Assembly: GCA_963727485.1 (NCBI GenBank)
Contig: CAVSGM010000002.1
Span: 198,854-262,853, forward strand
DNA: 64,000 nucleotides
Reading direction: 5' to 3'
Source of the DNA: an uncultured delta proteobacterium
Lineage (GTDB): Bacteria > Myxococcota > Myxococcia > SLRQ01
The translations under genes and the position numbers were made by a program. Below the pieces are notes generated by a model. The model saw only the letters and a list, made by a program, of their open reading frames with translations, ran no database searches and was not told the DNA's origin. This document shows positions 59,089 through 64,000 of this stretch, piece by piece. Position 1 is the first letter of the stretch. Each line of letters opens with the position of its first letter.

Positions 59089-59925
59089 TCAGTCGGTGTA
59101 CGCCACCGCGACCCAGCGGCCGTACTTCTTCTTGAACACCGCGACGTAGCCGTGGCCGCCGAGGTCGGCGATGGCCACCCAGGCGCCCTCGAGGTCCAGC
59201 TTGCCGAGACGCGCGGGCGGGGCGCCGTACTGCTTCACCATCGCGTCCGCCGGGAGTGTCTTCATCCCGTAGAGGGGCAGGCGGGAGAAGTCCTTGCCCT
59301 GGAAGAGCACCGTGAGCCGGCTGACCAAGTTCGACTTGGAGCGGAGGGTCTCGCCGTCGAGATCGAAGGGGAAGCCCGAGAGCTCGGCCATCGCCGCCGG
59401 GACCTGGCTGGTGAGACCCTGGAAGAAGAGCCGGGCGGTGGCGACGAGCTCGGGATTGGCGGCCGGAATCGGGGCCACCGGCGTCTTGGCCGCCGGGGCA
59501 GGCGTCGCCGCCCTCCGAGTCACCTGGGCCTTCGGCGCGGTCTTCTTCTTCGCCGGCGCGGGCGCCGGTGCCACCTTGGCCGTGGCGTTCTTCGCCGGGG
59601 TGGGGGACTTCGCCGCGCCGGCGTGTGCCTTCTCGGCGGCATGCCGCTTGGTCACCCCAAGCTGTTTGCCCGCCACGGCCTTCTTCGCCGGCTTCGCCTT
59701 CTTCTTGGCGACGGCCGGTTTCTTCTTCGCCGTTGCCGCCGTCTTCTTCGCCGGCGCGGGCGCCGGCGCCGCCATGGCCGCGGCCTTCTTCGCCGGCGCC
59801 GCGGCCTTCTTCGCCGGCGCCGCCCTGGCAGCCGGCGCGCTCGCTGCCCCGCCCCCATCCTGGGCGAAGGCCACGAGAGGGATCGACCCGGCGGCGACGA
59901 GGGCAGCGATCAGGCGCGTACGCAT
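59089..59925 (-). CDS. Secreted protein with Lys/Ala/Pro-rich AKKA-type repeats and a C-terminal globular domain
   Basis: MRTRLIAALVAAGSIPLVAFAQ (signal), PAKKAAAPAKKAAAMAAPAPAPAKKTAATAKKKPAVAKKKAKPAKK..., then ...LFFQGLTSQVPAAMAELSGFPFDLDGETL...GRWVAVAYTD; reads in frame with pyk in the ORF track. Confidence 0.5.
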   Translation of the reverse strand: MRTRLIAALVAAGSIPLVAFAQDGGGAASAPAARAAPAKKAAAPAKKAAAMAAPAPAPAKKTAATAKKKPAVAKKKAKPAKKAVAGKQLGVTKRHAAEKAHAGAAKSPTPAKNATAKVAPAPAPAKKKTAPKAQVTRRAATPAPAAKTPVAPIPAANPELVATARLFFQGLTSQVPAAMAELSGFPFDLDGETLRSKSNLVSRLTVLFQGKDFSRLPLYGMKTLPADAMVKQYGAPPARLGKLDLEGAWVAIADLGGHGYVAVFKKKYGRWVAVAYTD

Positions 59926-59984
59926 CGCCCGCGAGGATGCCGAGGCCCGGGATGCCGGTCGACCATCCCGTGCCCCCGGCCCGC

Positions 59985-61404
59985 CTACTCGAATCCGGTG
60001 CAGCTTCAAGAGGTTCGTCGACTGCCGCTGGTTCGGCGGCACCCCGGCCACCAGCGCGATCGCCTCGCCCTTGCCGCAGATCCGCCGCTCCACCAGGTAC
60101 CGCTCCACCGCGTCGAACATCTCGTCGGTGGACCCGAAGCGCTTGATGGGCTGGGGCATCACCCCCCAGGTCAGGGCCATGCGCCGGAGGGTCGCCGGTA
60201 CCGGGGTGAAGGCGACGATCCGCGCTTCGGGCCGGTACTCGGAGATGAGCACGGCGCTGCGCCCGGTCTCGGTGAAGGCCACGATGGTGTCGATCCCCAG
60301 GTCCGAGGCGGCGCTCACCGCGGCCCGGGCGGTGGCGTTCTGGAAGGTGGGCAGGTCCTTGAGGAACGCCCGGTTGGACTGGGCCCGGTACCGGGGGCTC
60401 GCCTCGACCTCCATGACGATGGAGGCCATCATCTCGACCGACGCCACCGGGTGATCGCCGGCCGCCGTCTCCCCGGAGAGCATCACCGCGTCGCTCCCGT
60501 CGAACACGGCGTTGGCCACGTCCGAGACCTCGGCCCGGGTGGGCCGGGGGTTCTTGGTCATGGACTCGAGCATCTGGGTGGCGGTGATCACCAGCTTGCC
60601 GAAGGCGTTCCCCCGCTCGATGGCCGTCTTCTGGATCACCGGGACCTTCTCCGGGGGCAGCTCCACCCCCAGGTCCCCGCGGGCGACCATGATCCCGTCG
60701 GCGGCGGCGATGATGGCGTCGAGGCGGTCCACCGCGTTGGGCCGCTCGATCTTGGCGATGATCGGGGTCCCGCCGCTCATGGGATCCCCCAGGATCTCCC
60801 GGAGCGCGCGCACGTCCTCGGGCCCCTGGACGAACGACAGGGCCACGTAGTCCATCCCCAGCTGCTTGCCGAACTCGGCGTCGGCGATGTCCTTCTCGGT
60901 GAGCGCCGGCTGGCTCACCGCGCTCCCCGGGAGGTTCATGCCCTTCCGGTCCTTGAGGACCCCGCCGTTGACCACCCGGCACTTCACCTCGTCCTTCTTG
61001 ACCTTGAGGACCTCGAGCTTGATCAGCCCGTCGTCGAGGAGGATGGGTTCGCCGCGCTGCACGTCCCGGGGCAGGGCCTCGTACTCGGTGGGGATCCGGG
61101 CGGCGGTGCCGATCACCTTCTTGGTGGTGATCGTCACCTCGGCGCCCTCCTCCAGGGTCACCTTCCCGCCCTTCATCTTCCCCACGCGGATCTTGGGGCC
61201 GCAGAGGTCCTGGAGGATCGCCACCGGCCGGCCGAGGCGCTCGGAGGCCTGGCGGACCCGGCGGAAGACCTCGGCGTGATCGTCGTGGGTGCCGTGGGAG
61301 AAGTTCAGGCGGGCACAGTCCATCCCTGCCTGGATGAGGGCTTCGATGCGCTCCGGGGTGTGGGACGCCGGCCCCAGGGTGCAGATGATCTTGGTCTTGC
61401 GCAT
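59985..61404 (-). CDS. pyk: Pyruvate kinase (stop codon apparently lost; 3' end approximate)
   Basis: MRKTKIICTLGPAS...LNFSHG...MVARGDLGVE...NLLKLHRI; no in-frame stop before the downstream repeat-protein start; a TAG lies in the adjacent frame about 59985-59987. Confidence 0.85.
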
Positions 61405-61537
61405 GGGGTCCCTGCATAGGACGACCCGTGGGTGACGGCAATCACTTGACCGTGACGGGGGGGAAAACCTAGGCTGCGCCGCAGAGTTGGGTCCGAGCCG
61501 GGGGGACCGGCCGGACGTCGACCGGAGGACTCTTGAG

Positions 61538-61930
61538 ATGACCAATCCGACCCAGCAGACCAATGGCACCGAGCCCGCGGCCACGCCCGGGGGGCCGCTC
61601 GCCACCCAGAAGCGCGACCAGGACGGCGCGATGATCTTCCTGTCCTACTTCGGGATCTTCTCGCTGATCCCGTTCCTCACCGTGAAGGACAGCGACTACA
61701 TCCGCTGGCACGCCAAGCAGGGCCTCACCTTCACCGCGGTGTGGTTCGCGGCGTACATCGCCCTGTTGATCGTCAACGTCATCCCGGTGATCGGGACGAT
61801 CATCGGCCTGATCGGCTGGGCGGTGATGGGCGTCGGCGGGTTCGTCCTCTGGATCATGGCCATGGTGAAGGCCTTCGGCGGGGAGCGCTGGAAGATCCCC
61901 GTCATCGGCGACCTCGCCGAGAAGTGGTAG
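61538..61930 (+). CDS. Small membrane protein (hypothetical, two TM segments)
   Basis: MTNPTQQTNG...MIFLSYFGIFSLIPFLTVKDSDYIRWHAKQGLTFTAVWFAAYIALLIVNVIPVIGTIIGLIGWAVMGV...; GGAGG RBS. Confidence 0.6.
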   Translation: MTNPTQQTNGTEPAATPGGPLATQKRDQDGAMIFLSYFGIFSLIPFLTVKDSDYIRWHAKQGLTFTAVWFAAYIALLIVNVIPVIGTIIGLIGWAVMGVGGFVLWIMAMVKAFGGERWKIPVIGDLAEKW

Positions 61931-61976
61931 CGGCGGCGCCCGCCCGGGCGCCCCACCGTCCGGCGGGGACGACCTC

Positions 61977-62261
61977 CTAGAGGTCGTCCTCGTCCTCGTC
62001 GTCGTCGATCGCCACGCCGACGATGCCGTCGGCCGCGGGCAGGTCCTCCTCGCCGTTGACCTCCACGGAGATCACGAAGGCGCGGGAGAGGCGCGCGGCG
62101 GACGCCAGGAACTCCTCGAGGGTGGCGGCCACGTCGCCGACCTGAGTGGGGTCGGCCTCCACGCCGCACCCCTCGCACACGAGGACCGGGTCATCGGTGA
62201 GATCCGCGAGGTCGGCCTCGGTCTCCGCACCGCACTTCCTGCAGGTGAATTGGAGTTCCAT
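61977..62261 (-). CDS. Small acidic zinc-ribbon protein (hypothetical)
   Basis: MELQFTCRKCGAETEADLADLTDDPVLVCEGCGVEADPT...; two CxxC pairs; C-terminal DDDEDEDDL. Confidence 0.5.
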   Translation of the reverse strand: MELQFTCRKCGAETEADLADLTDDPVLVCEGCGVEADPTQVGDVAATLEEFLASAARLSRAFVISVEVNGEEDLPAADGIVGVAIDDDEDEDDL

Positions 62262-62363
62262 GGACCGCCGGATAAGGCACGTCCCCGTCGGTGTCAAGCG
62301 CCGGAGCCGGGGGCCCACGGGGCGCCCGCGGCGGCCGGATCCGCGCGCGTCGGCCCGCCTTGA

Positions 62364-63566
<1,203 letters not shown>

Positions 63567-63572
63567 CCCAAC

Positions 63573-64000
63573 ATGAAGATCCACGAGTACCAGGCCAAGG
63601 AGATCCTCCGGCGCTTCGGGGTTCCGACCCTCGAGGGGCAGGTGGCCGATGAACCCGCCGATGCCGAGCGCATCGCCAAGGAGCTGGGGACCCCCGTGGT
63701 GGTGGTCAAGGCCCAGATCCACGCCGGTGGTCGCGGCAAGGGTGGCGGGGTGAAGCTCGCCAGGAGCCCCGCCGAGGCCAAGGCCGCACGCCGCGGCGAT
63801 GCTGGGCAAGCCCCTGGTGACCCACCAGACCGGCCCCGAGGGCAAGGTGGTGCACCGGGTGCTGGTGGAGGCCGGGTGCGACATCGCCCGGGAGCTCTAC
63901 CTCGCCGTCACCCTCGACCGCGACCGCGCCCAGGACGCCATCATGGCCTCCAGCGAGGGCGGGGTGGAGATCGAGGAGGTGGCGACCCACCACCCGGAGA
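63573..64000 (+). CDS. sucC: Succinyl-CoA synthetase beta subunit (5' part; frame change near 63785-63795; runs off window)
   Basis: [63 protein letters not shown]...; continuation ...[43 protein letters not shown] is in an adjacent frame. Confidence 0.85.
   Translation, partial: MKIHEYQAKEILRRFGVPTLEGQVADEPADAERIAKELGTPVVVVKAQIHAGGRGKGGGVKLARSPAEAKAARRGDAGQAPGDPPDRPRGQGGAPGAGGGRVRHRPGALPRRHPRPRPRPGRHHGLQRGRGGDRGGGDPPPG

Overview
This 64-kb window is a high-GC (about 70%) chromosomal segment, most likely from a Myxococcota/deltaproteobacteria-type genome (inference from an Oar-like TonB-dependent receptor, a delta-type LexA box, several sigma-54 activators and an Hsp70 paralogue). Most of it is housekeeping: carB-greA, recG, thrC, class II ribonucleotide reductase, tmk, hutH, lysC, comEA, a UvrD-like helicase, lexA, rsmD-coaD, an aminotransferase, pyk, mdh and the start of sucC. 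Two things stand out. First, many conserved genes are split by single-base indels (at least 18 frame changes visible in the six-frame track), including essential genes, so these are almost certainly sequence/assembly errors rather than pseudogenes, and raw ORF calls here are unreliable. Second, the stretch between tRNA-Val (39.9 kb) and lexA (49.7 kb) looks accessory: it holds a radical SAM/SPASM peptide-maturase-like gene with a 22-codon cationic ORF just downstream, a palindrome-rich AT-richer control region, a 1.2-kb ORF-poor lower-GC tract with a gene remnant, and two two-component systems. This is the best candidate for an undescribed RiPP-like system, but no similarity search could be run. 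Coordinates marked approximate were hand-derived and may be off by a few nt. No rRNA, CRISPR array or intact mobile element was found.
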